Assembly: GCA_012522755.1 (NCBI GenBank)
Contig: JAAYJV010000050.1
Location: 30,653-94,652 of the forward strand
DNA length: 64,000 bases
Direction: 5' to 3'
Origin: Candidatus Hydrogenedens sp.
GTDB taxonomy: Bacteria > Hydrogenedentota > Hydrogenedentia > Hydrogenedentales > CAITNO01
Of this stretch, positions 52,130-60,648 are shown one piece after another. Made by a program: the position numbers and the translations under genes. The notes beneath the pieces are model-generated. The model searched no databases. It was not told where the DNA came from and saw only the letters and a list, made by a program, of their open reading frames with translations. Positions within the stretch are counted from its first letter, which is position 1. Each line of letters opens with the position of its first letter.

Positions 52130-54079
52130 TTACTCTTCATTATCGTCATTTTCGGCAGGAGTCTCGTCAGCCGTATCTTCTTCAACGCTGTCCGTGTCCG
52201 CAGTTTCGGCTCCTGTCTCCTCATCCGTTTCGCTGTCTTCTTCTTCGATGGCATATTTGCCACGACCCAGAATCCGATCCAGCACATCGTTATTCTGCTG
52301 ATAGGTGACACTGGCCAACATTCTTTCTCTGAGATCTTTCATGAAATCGGACATGATTTCATATCCGGCATTCATGGTCAGACGGTTTTCAATGGCCTCC
52401 ACTTCATCAGCAAACTCTTCCAGTTCAGACTCGTCCGGTTCTGTCTTTTCGATCAGTTCAAAGAACCAGGAATCACCGAAGAAGCCCTTGAGTGGGCCGG
52501 CTATATCTCCGGGAAGAGCCTCTTTGAAGGCCTCAAAAACATCCATGGCCTGCACATAGACTTTCTGCTGGAAAAGCATGTCTTTGCGAGTAAAGGCTTC
52601 TTCCGTCTCTCCTGTTTCCAGATCAAGTTCAGGAAATTTCGTTTCGATTTCTTCGATACGGCTAATCTCTTCTTTTATTTTCTCGCCATAGTCGGCAAGT
52701 TTTTCAAGGTACTCTTCAGAGCGCTTCACTTCGGCGATATAATTATTTTCGGCATCTTCTTTCACATCGGAAAATTCCGGAACAGCGCCTTCACGACTCT
52801 CCGTAACATGGGTGATAAAAAGGTTGTCCCGTCCTTTGATCACTTCCCAGGGGGTGTCCTTTTTGGCAATGACCTGCGAGCGGAATACAAAGAGATCATT
52901 CATGGAAAGATTTTCGATTTCTGTTGCCGTGCGATCAAAAAAGTCTGTACTTCCGAGAGACAACCCGGCCTCTTCAGCGGCTGTTGCCGGATCCGTGCCG
53001 TCCTCAATCTTTCGGGCGACATCGCTCAGTGTTTTTTCACGGATGGCTGTTTCTTCGGGAGTGATCATGGCCTGGATCACCATCTGGCGGCCCAGTACTT
53101 CACGCTCTTCACTATCCGGATCAATACGCTCTTCTTCGTTCTTGAAGATATAAAAGCCCAGGGGCCCTGATACGGGATCGCTCACGGCTCCGGCTTCAAG
53201 AGCGAAAAGTGCCTCCATATGAGCATCCTGATGATCTTCGGCGGTGATCCATCCCAGATCAATATCACCTTCGTTGTTCAGCGTTGAATTTTCTTTGGCA
53301 AGCTCCATGAAATCTTCGCCAGCCCGCAGTTTCTCCACAAGTTCTGTTGCCAATTCGGGCACATCCGGTGCCAGGGAACAGGCGATGAATTCGACTTTGT
53401 GCTGTTCAGGAAGGCGGTAGGTTTCAGGATTGTCCTCAAAGTGTTTCAGGGCATCCTCTTCAGTCACATCGATCTTGGCTTCTATTTTGGCGAATTTGAC
53501 TTTGAACTTGGTATGATCGCCTTTCAGTTCCTCCTGCGCTCTGGCACCTATCATCCGGCGGGCAGGAGCCGAAATCAGGGACAGATACATCTGTCGGCCC
53601 ATTTGCTCTTCCATATCGGCGTAAATCTCATTCCAGCGATCAACGGTGCCTACCCATTCATTCCATATTTCATGGTTGAAAACACCATTTTCATCCTGAA
53701 AAATCTCCCATTTCTGCATCTGCTTTTCCAGAACACGTTTGTCCAGAGTGAAATTACGCTGGGAAGAACGCAGTCTCAACAAGGAAGTATCCACCAGCTG
53801 TTCCAGCACAGACTGGGCTGTACCATCCCTGTCCAGTTCCGCATAGGTAGGTCTCTCTCCGCTCTGCTGACTTCTGGAAGAGGATTGTGCATCCAGTGCA
53901 CGCCGGAATTCTGATTCTGTAATGGGAATACCGCCTACCTGTGCCACCACAGGGCTGTCTGCAGGAGTACTGCCCGGCCGTGATGACGGCTTGCCCCACA
54001 TAAAGACAAAAGGTATGCCGATAAAGATAAAAATAAAGAAAAAAATCAAACGCCGGTGTTTACGCATCCAGTTTTGCAT
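52130..54079 (-). CDS. PpiD/SurA-like periplasmic folding chaperone (N-terminal TM anchor, SurA_N-like and parvulin-like regions) with a highly acidic C-terminal tail
   Basis: 'HRRLIFFFIFIFIGIPFVFMW' is the TM anchor. 'VAQVGGIPITESEFRRALDAQ' is SurA_N-like. The tail is 'EEDSETDEETGAETADTDSVEEDTADETPAENDDNEE'. The start is ATG 54079 with 'GGAG'. Confidence 0.6.
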   Translation of the reverse strand: MQNWMRKHRRLIFFFIFIFIGIPFVFMWGKPSSRPGSTPADSPVVAQVGGIPITESEFRRALDAQSSSRSQQSGERPTYAELDRDGTAQSVLEQLVDTSLLRLRSSQRNFTLDKRVLEKQMQKWEIFQDENGVFNHEIWNEWVGTVDRWNEIYADMEEQMGRQMYLSLISAPARRMIGARAQEELKGDHTKFKVKFAKIEAKIDVTEEDALKHFEDNPETYRLPEQHKVEFIACSLAPDVPELATELVEKLRAGEDFMELAKENSTLNNEGDIDLGWITAEDHQDAHMEALFALEAGAVSDPVSGPLGFYIFKNEEERIDPDSEEREVLGRQMVIQAMITPEETAIREKTLSDVARKIEDGTDPATAAEEAGLSLGSTDFFDRTATEIENLSMNDLFVFRSQVIAKKDTPWEVIKGRDNLFITHVTESREGAVPEFSDVKEDAENNYIAEVKRSEEYLEKLADYGEKIKEEISRIEEIETKFPELDLETGETEEAFTRKDMLFQQKVYVQAMDVFEAFKEALPGDIAGPLKGFFGDSWFFELIEKTEPDESELEEFADEVEAIENRLTMNAGYEIMSDFMKDLRERMLASVTYQQNNDVLDRILGRGKYAIEEEDSETDEETGAETADTDSVEEDTADETPAENDDNEE

Positions 54080-54369
54080 GCCGGATTCTCCAATCCTGTA
54101 GTGTGCATATTCATGGGTAAAAAAAAGAAATACAGCGGAATGAATGGAGAAGTTTTGAAAAACTTCGCACCGCTGTTCCCATACAATGTAGCATATTAAT
54201 ACCGGATACCTCAACTGTGACGCGCTTGAAAACAGGTCAGCACTGCACCATTGAAGCGTTCGTGTGCGGGCCCGATCAGAGTCCTCGCGCACCTTCGTCC
54301 GAAAGTCCAGGCCGTCTTGACGGAAAGGGTGATTGGGCGTATACTGTTGTACATCAGGAGGTTTTGATC

Positions 54370-55725
54370 ATGAATACACTTTCCCGTCGACGTTTCATGC
54401 ATAAAGGTGTCCAGGCCGCCGGCGCCGCTTCTTTGTTCACCATCGTACCCAGTCATGTGCTGGGCCGCAGTGCTGAAGCTGCTCCCAGTGAAAAACTCAC
54501 CATTGCCGGTATCGGTATCGGCGGTATGGGCAAACACAATCTGCTGTACCTGCAATCTCAACATATTGCAGCACTGTGTGATGTGGACAGTGTCTTTGCC
54601 GCACCCGTATTTGCTGAATATCCGGATGCACGGACTTATGTCGATTACCGGGAAATGCTTGCACAGGAAAAGGATCTGGATGCTGTGCTCATTGCCACGC
54701 CCGATCATACCCATGCACTCATCACCCTGGCTGCGCTGGAAGCTGGAAAACATGTCTATTGCCAGAAGCCACTTACTCATACGGTCTATGAAGCGCGGCG
54801 GATCACCGAGGCGGCCCGAAACAGCGGGCTCGCCACACAGATGGGCATTCAGGGACATTCCATGAAAGATTCCAGCAGACTGGTGGAATGGGTCCGTGCA
54901 GGAGTCATCGGCCCCATAAGAGAAGTGCAAGCCTGGTGCAGTCTCAGCTATTATCCTTGGGGACATGCGGCCTGGAGTGCTCCAAGAGGGACCCGACCTG
55001 AAGATACACCACCTGTACCGGATACTCTGGATTGGGATCTGTGGCTGGGGCCCGCTCCCTGGCGACCCTATCATCCCTGCTATCATCCGGCTGTATGGCG
55101 GCCCTGGCTGGATTTCGGCAGTGGAATGATGGGTGACAGAGGCGTTCATACCCTCGATCCCATCGTCTGGGCATTACAGCTGGGCGCACCGGAAAGCATT
55201 GAAGCCAGTTGTACCGACCTGAACGAGGATACCCATCCCATCGCCTGCATTGTCCGTTTCGCTTTCCCAGCCCGGGGTGACATGCCCCCCGTCGTTGTCA
55301 ATTGGTACGACGGACTTGAACCGCCCAGGCACCCGGCTGTGGATTCTCCCCGTGATCTGGGCGAACCCGAGGGGGGCGCCTTGTTCATAGGTGACGATGG
55401 GCTGATCACCTGCGGTATTTATGGAAACAGCCCGCGCCTGCTTCCCTCGACGAAAATGGAAAATTTCACGCCCCCGCCGGAAACCCTTCCCCGGGTACCT
55501 GATTCCCATGAGATGGACTGGGTCCGGGCCTGTAAAGCGGGAGGAGGTGCCGGAGCGGATTTCAACTACTCCGGACCGCTGACTGAAATCACCCTGCTGG
55601 GCAATATCGCCAAACGCTTTCCGGGCACAGTGCTCCGTTGGGACAGCGAAGCCTTCGCTTTCGAAAATCATGCTGAAGCCAATGCCTTGTTGAATCCTCC
55701 GGCCCGGGAAGGTTGGGATCTATAG
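54370..55725 (+). CDS. Gfo/Idh/MocA-family oxidoreductase with Tat signal peptide
   Basis: 'SRRRFMHKGVQAAGAASLFTIVPSHVLG' is a Tat signal. 'IAGIGIGGMGKHN' is the Rossmann motif. 'CQKP' is present. The start is ATG 54370 with RBS 'AGGAGG'. Confidence 0.8.
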   Translation: MNTLSRRRFMHKGVQAAGAASLFTIVPSHVLGRSAEAAPSEKLTIAGIGIGGMGKHNLLYLQSQHIAALCDVDSVFAAPVFAEYPDARTYVDYREMLAQEKDLDAVLIATPDHTHALITLAALEAGKHVYCQKPLTHTVYEARRITEAARNSGLATQMGIQGHSMKDSSRLVEWVRAGVIGPIREVQAWCSLSYYPWGHAAWSAPRGTRPEDTPPVPDTLDWDLWLGPAPWRPYHPCYHPAVWRPWLDFGSGMMGDRGVHTLDPIVWALQLGAPESIEASCTDLNEDTHPIACIVRFAFPARGDMPPVVVNWYDGLEPPRHPAVDSPRDLGEPEGGALFIGDDGLITCGIYGNSPRLLPSTKMENFTPPPETLPRVPDSHEMDWVRACKAGGGAGADFNYSGPLTEITLLGNIAKRFPGTVLRWDSEAFAFENHAEANALLNPPAREGWDL

Positions 55726-55910
55726 TCGGGTGGTTGGATGAATCCGAGGGCATAGTGAACATAATGGACCGGCATCACGGGTTCCTGTTTCCGGTCTCTC
55801 ATCCCCTTTTTTTTGCAGACCTGACCGCTATATTGATACCATACCCCCAAAAGACCTGTCAGACGGAACATCGGCTGAGGGGCATACTTCTTTGTATTGC
55901 GGAGATTTCC

Positions 55911-57212
55911 ATGAAAATAACCATTCTCGGATGTGGCTATCAAGGTCTGGTCACAGGGACCTGTTTTGCTGAAAATGGTCACACCGTCATCTGTGTGGAC
56001 AACAATGCGGACACCATCGCCCTGTTGCAGGAAGGAAAACTGCCCCTCCATGAGCCGGGTCTGGAAGAATTGATTGTCCGCAATCTGGAGGAAGAACGGC
56101 TGAGCTTCACCACCGACCTTCCCCGGGCACTGGAGGGAAGTCTCATGGTGTTCCTGTGTGTGGGAAGCCCCTCCGACAAAGATGGTAATGTGGATCTGGA
56201 CAATGTCCTTTCCACAGCGGAAGAGATCGCCAGAATCCGCGAGGGCTACCAGATCATCGTCAACAAGAGCACCTGCCCCCCGGGCACGGCGAAAAAGATC
56301 GAAGTTCTCTGGAGAAGCCGAAACCCCGGCGATGTGGTTGTCAATCCTGACTTCATGAAAGAAGGATCGGCTGTGGATGATTTCCTGCGCCCGGATCGTA
56401 TTATCGTGGGCTGTCGTGATATCCGTGTACAGGAAATGATGCGCGAGCTGTACAGTCCTTTTTTGCGTACAGGCAAACCCTTTCTGGCCATGAGTCCTGA
56501 AAGTGCGGAGATGGCCAAGTATGCAACCAATGCCATGCTGGCCGCACGTATCTCTCTGATGAACCAACTGGCTGATTTGTGTGAAGCCTATGATTGTGAT
56601 ATTGCGGATATCCGTGAAGCCGTGGGCATGGACAGCCGCATCGGCCCCACCTTTTTGTTTCCCGGCATCGGTTTCGGCGGTTCAGGTCTTCCCAGAGATG
56701 TGGCTGTTTGTGCGAGACTCGCCGAAGAGGCCGGGTTGGAGCATGATTTGATTTCGGCCATTACGGCTGTGAATCAGCGGCGGCGTCAACAGTTTCTGCA
56801 AAAAATTCTGGATTACTACGGAGAAGAGATCAGGGAAAAGCGTCTGGCTCTCTGGGGCGTCAGTTTCAAAGCTCGGACAGATGATATCCGTGACGCTCCT
56901 TCGCTGGATATCATTGAAGGCTTATGCCACGCCGGTGCGCAAGTGGTAGTCTATGACCCGGTGGCCGGGCCAAAAGTAGCCGCCCGTTATGGTGAGCATA
57001 TTGAGATGGCTCAGAAATATTACGGAGCACTGGACGGAGCGGATGGGCTGATCATCCTGACAGAATGGAACGAGTTCCGCCGGCCGGATTATGCGCGTAT
57101 GGGCAAACTCATGCGTGAAAAGGTCATATTTGACGGTCGGAATTTATATACGCCATCGGTCATGAAAGAGCAGGGTTTCCGCTATTTCAGTGTGGGCCGG
57201 AAAACCGTCTGA
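55911..57212 (+). CDS. ugd: UDP-glucose 6-dehydrogenase (nucleotide-sugar dehydrogenase family)
   Basis: 'MKITILGCGYQGLVTGTCFAENGHTVICVD' is the N-terminal Rossmann. 'LHEPGLEEL' is present. The catalytic-Cys region 'GFGGSGLPRD' is present. The start is ATG 55911 with 'GGAGA'. Confidence 0.85.
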   Translation: MKITILGCGYQGLVTGTCFAENGHTVICVDNNADTIALLQEGKLPLHEPGLEELIVRNLEEERLSFTTDLPRALEGSLMVFLCVGSPSDKDGNVDLDNVLSTAEEIARIREGYQIIVNKSTCPPGTAKKIEVLWRSRNPGDVVVNPDFMKEGSAVDDFLRPDRIIVGCRDIRVQEMMRELYSPFLRTGKPFLAMSPESAEMAKYATNAMLAARISLMNQLADLCEAYDCDIADIREAVGMDSRIGPTFLFPGIGFGGSGLPRDVAVCARLAEEAGLEHDLISAITAVNQRRRQQFLQKILDYYGEEIREKRLALWGVSFKARTDDIRDAPSLDIIEGLCHAGAQVVVYDPVAGPKVAARYGEHIEMAQKYYGALDGADGLIILTEWNEFRRPDYARMGKLMREKVIFDGRNLYTPSVMKEQGFRYFSVGRKTV

Positions 57213-57401
57213 CTGTATTCACAGTCCTTCTACAGGGGCATCTCGAAGTTCTTCGGATGCAACGCAATTGAATGTCCTTCTTTTGTTCAGGCTATGTTGA
57301 AGAGCTTCTCTTTACTCTGATGCGCCTCTGTAGCGATTCAGAATCATTGTGATTTTGCAGTGCAAAAGAAATATAATTGCACTTGGGCTGAAGTTCGTTG
57401 C

Positions 57402-57430
57402 TTGACAGATTATGTCTTTATATTTAAATA
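57402..57430 (+). promoter_or_regulatory. Possible sigma-70-like promoter (TTGACA-17 nt-TAAATA) upstream of the acyl-CoA ligase gene; a nearby odd palindrome TTGCAgTGCAA (about 57355-57367) may be an operator
   Basis: The hexamers and the palindrome were read directly in the 345-nt intergenic region. Confidence 0.2.
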
Positions 57431-57557
57431 GAGGAAGATCCGATACAGTTGGGATCATTTTTCCAGACAACAGGCCAGAGCGGATTGTCACTGAAGATTT
57501 GCCTTCCCGGCAAAAGGCGTGATAGTCTCACTCTGCTGAGAAAATTGAGGGAAAGGT

Positions 57558-59135
57558 ATGATTGGTAGTACAGAGTTCCTATGGCAGTGCGTCGAGTACT
57601 GGGCCTCCGTCAAAGGCGACGAAGAGGCGCTGGTCTTTGAAGATGCACGCCTCAGCTGGTCGGAACTGGCTGAACAGGTGGATCAGGCGGCCCGGGCTTT
57701 TCTGGCTCTGGGTGTGGAGCGCGGCGACTGTATCGCCTGCGTAGCCACAGCCAGGCCCGAGTTTTTGATTTCTTTTCTGGCCGCATCAAAAATATCCGCT
57801 CTCTGGACAGGTATCTCTCCACGCTATACTGTCGGAGAAATGGGTCACATACTGCGCGGCTGCCGTCCCAGGCTGCTCATCACCCAGGAACGCTACCACC
57901 AGACCAATCTGCTGGAGAGGGCCTTCACTTTTAACTTCGAGTTGTCGAGTATTGAATATATCGTGCTTCTGGACGGACATCATGATGATACCCCTTCCTT
58001 TCATAATCTTCTGAAACAGGATTATTCCAATACAGCCTCTTTGTACGAGGAACGGCTGGCAACAGCGCAGACTGATGAAAGTGTCCTGCTCATGTATACC
58101 TCCGGTTCCTCCGGTGAGCCCAAGGGTGTCCTGCACAGCCACAACAGTGTGATCAGCAATGTGTCGCAACAACACAGGCTTTACGGTATTCACCACGACA
58201 GCCGTATACTGCTTCATTTCCCCATCAACCATGTTGCTGCTGACGTTGAAATCGGATACTGCGCTCTTTATGCCGGAGCGACGATTGTGCTGCAACCGGA
58301 ATTTGATGCGAAGGCCAGTCTGGAAGCGATTGAGAAGAAAAAAATCACTGTTCTCGGGCAGGTACCGGCCATGTTCATGCTTCAGTTGCGTGAGGAGTCT
58401 TTTCACAGCATTTGCTGGGATTCCGTCCGGACTTTTGTATGGGGCGGCTCACCGGCATCCCGTGAAATGCTGGAGGCTCTCGATCAGATCTGCAGCCGAA
58501 CGGGTGCGGAACTGGTTACAGGCTACGGGTCAACGGAGCTGTGCGGATTTATCACTTCCATCAAGAAAAAAGCTCCTTTCAGGCTGGCGGATCAGTCCAC
58601 GGGCCCGGCCTATTCCACCTGTGAAATACGTGTGGTCAATGAGCAGCGTATTTCCATGGCGGCCAATCATGTGGGTGAAATCGCTGTGCGCGGGCCTGTT
58701 GTAATGAAGGGCTATCTGAACGATCCGGAGCAGACGGCGGAAGTGCTGGATGAAGAAGGATGGTATTACACCCAGGATCTCGGCACACTGGATGAGGAGG
58801 GCAATCTGACTCTTCACGGCCGGCGTACGGACATGTTCAAGACAGGAGGCGAAAACGTCTTCCCATCAGAAATCGAGATGACTCTGGAGTCCCATCCGGA
58901 GATTCTTTTTGCAGCCATTATCGCCATACCGGACGAGGTTTTCAATGAGGTGAGCCATGCCCATGTCATGGCTGTCCCGGGCTCGGATGTAAGCGAAAAA
59001 AATCTATTGCAATGGTGCCGTGATCATCTGGCTCATTTCAAGATCCCTCACCGGGTCCATTTCTATCCGGCCCTGCCACTGCTGCCCAATGGGAAAGTGG
59101 ACAAAATAAAACTTCTGGAACTGACACCTCTCTGA
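57558..59135 (+). CDS. AMP-dependent synthetase/ligase (acyl-CoA synthetase-like adenylate-forming enzyme)
   Basis: 'LMYTSGSSGEPKGVLHSH' is the AMP-binding P-loop. 'GYGSTE' and 'YYTQDLG' are present. The C-terminus has 'LPNGKVDK'. Confidence 0.8.
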   Translation: MIGSTEFLWQCVEYWASVKGDEEALVFEDARLSWSELAEQVDQAARAFLALGVERGDCIACVATARPEFLISFLAASKISALWTGISPRYTVGEMGHILRGCRPRLLITQERYHQTNLLERAFTFNFELSSIEYIVLLDGHHDDTPSFHNLLKQDYSNTASLYEERLATAQTDESVLLMYTSGSSGEPKGVLHSHNSVISNVSQQHRLYGIHHDSRILLHFPINHVAADVEIGYCALYAGATIVLQPEFDAKASLEAIEKKKITVLGQVPAMFMLQLREESFHSICWDSVRTFVWGGSPASREMLEALDQICSRTGAELVTGYGSTELCGFITSIKKKAPFRLADQSTGPAYSTCEIRVVNEQRISMAANHVGEIAVRGPVVMKGYLNDPEQTAEVLDEEGWYYTQDLGTLDEEGNLTLHGRRTDMFKTGGENVFPSEIEMTLESHPEILFAAIIAIPDEVFNEVSHAHVMAVPGSDVSEKNLLQWCRDHLAHFKIPHRVHFYPALPLLPNGKVDKIKLLELTPL

Positions 59136-59191
59136 GGATAAAATTTTTCAAGGAACCGGGGAATTATGTTTTCCCCATAAAGGAGACTCCC

Positions 59192-60370
59192 ATGAAAGCC
59201 CGTACAGCCTTGACTTTTTTATTGATGTGGACGATCGCCTGCGCCCTTCATGCAGCAAGCTTCCAGGAAGATGTTGATTTCCTCAAAGAACATGTTGAGG
59301 TTATCGTGCTGAAAAGCAGTGATGGACAGGCCCAGATCGCTGTCGTGCCAGCCTATCAGGGCCGCATCATGACCAGTACGGCCTCCGGCCCCGACGGTCC
59401 GAGCTTCGGCTGGATCAACAGAGAACTGGTTGCTTCCGGGAAATTTCAGCGTCATTTCAATGCTTTCGGTGGAGAAGACCGTTTCTGGCTGGGTCCTGAA
59501 GGAGGGCAATACTCCATCTTTTTCGGCGATGGCGAGCCCTTCGATCTGGAACACTGGCAGACTCCCCCGGTGATTGATACGCTTCCTTACAAAGTCATTT
59601 CGCAGACAGACAACGAAGTCCTTTTCGAGCACCGCGAAAGTATCACAAACCGGGCGGGCACGACTTTTGATGTACACATTCACCGTGTTATCCGGCTCAA
59701 TGAGAGTGATTCCTCATCAACACGGAAGGTATCCTTTGAATCTGTCAATACAATTACGAATATGGGCGAAAATGCCTGGAAGGAAGAAACAGGCCTGCTC
59801 TCCGTGTGGATTCTGGGCATGTTCACCCCTTCACCGGAAGCCACCATTGTCATCCCTCTTCGTGAGGGAAGTGATGAAGAACTGGGCCCCAAGGTCAATG
59901 ACAAATATTTTGGCGAAGTGCCTGCTGAGCGGCTGATACAGAAAGATAAGGTTCTCTTTTTCAGTGCTGACGGCACCTATAGAAGCAAGATCGGAATCAG
60001 TCCACAGCGTGCTACGGAATGGCTGGGCAGCTATGACGGCCGTTTGAATGCCCTTACACTGGTTCAGTTCACCTTGCCGGGCAACACAAGAAAATATGTG
60101 AACTCCATGTGGGAGCTGCAGGATGAACCCTACGCCGGCGATGCGATCAATGCCTACAATGATGGAGAGCCGGGACCTGGCAAGAAGCCTCTGGGACCTT
60201 TTTATGAACTGGAAAGCTCCTCTCCCGCAGCCAGTTTGAAACCCGGTGAATCGCTCACCCATCTGCACCGGACAGAGCATATTGTGGGAGAAAAAGAACT
60301 GCTCGATCCCCTGGCTCAACAATATCTCGGTGCAACAATTGATGAGATCAGCACGGCACTGCCGCAGTAA
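59192..60370 (+). CDS. Hypothetical secreted protein (392 aa)
   Basis: Signal peptide 'MKARTALTFLLMWTIACALHAAS'. No family recognised. Confidence 0.5.
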   Translation: MKARTALTFLLMWTIACALHAASFQEDVDFLKEHVEVIVLKSSDGQAQIAVVPAYQGRIMTSTASGPDGPSFGWINRELVASGKFQRHFNAFGGEDRFWLGPEGGQYSIFFGDGEPFDLEHWQTPPVIDTLPYKVISQTDNEVLFEHRESITNRAGTTFDVHIHRVIRLNESDSSSTRKVSFESVNTITNMGENAWKEETGLLSVWILGMFTPSPEATIVIPLREGSDEELGPKVNDKYFGEVPAERLIQKDKVLFFSADGTYRSKIGISPQRATEWLGSYDGRLNALTLVQFTLPGNTRKYVNSMWELQDEPYAGDAINAYNDGEPGPGKKPLGPFYELESSSPAASLKPGESLTHLHRTEHIVGEKELLDPLAQQYLGATIDEISTALPQ

Positions 60371-60648
60371 ATCAGTGATGCGGCATGATCTTTAAGTTTT
60401 CTGAAAAAGAGCATACCGTCAACAAAAAAGGAAGAAAATACGTTTCAGTCAGAACTGGAACAGCCGTTTTTCCCCCTTCAGTACAACATTCCGGAAAAGG
60501 GCTTCTTCGCCTCGGACGCGAGGGCTGATGGATGCCAAAGGCCTTAATAAAAACAAACAGCCTGTTCCTGTTACAATAGTCTTGAATTACAACCCGGGCG
60601 GATATCTGTTTTCGGGTGGGCTGAACAAGATCTGACAAGGAAAATTTT

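Noticed and set aside
55668-56567. 299-aa - strand ORF
   Set aside because: It is antisense to ugd, which has clear UDP-glucose dehydrogenase motifs.
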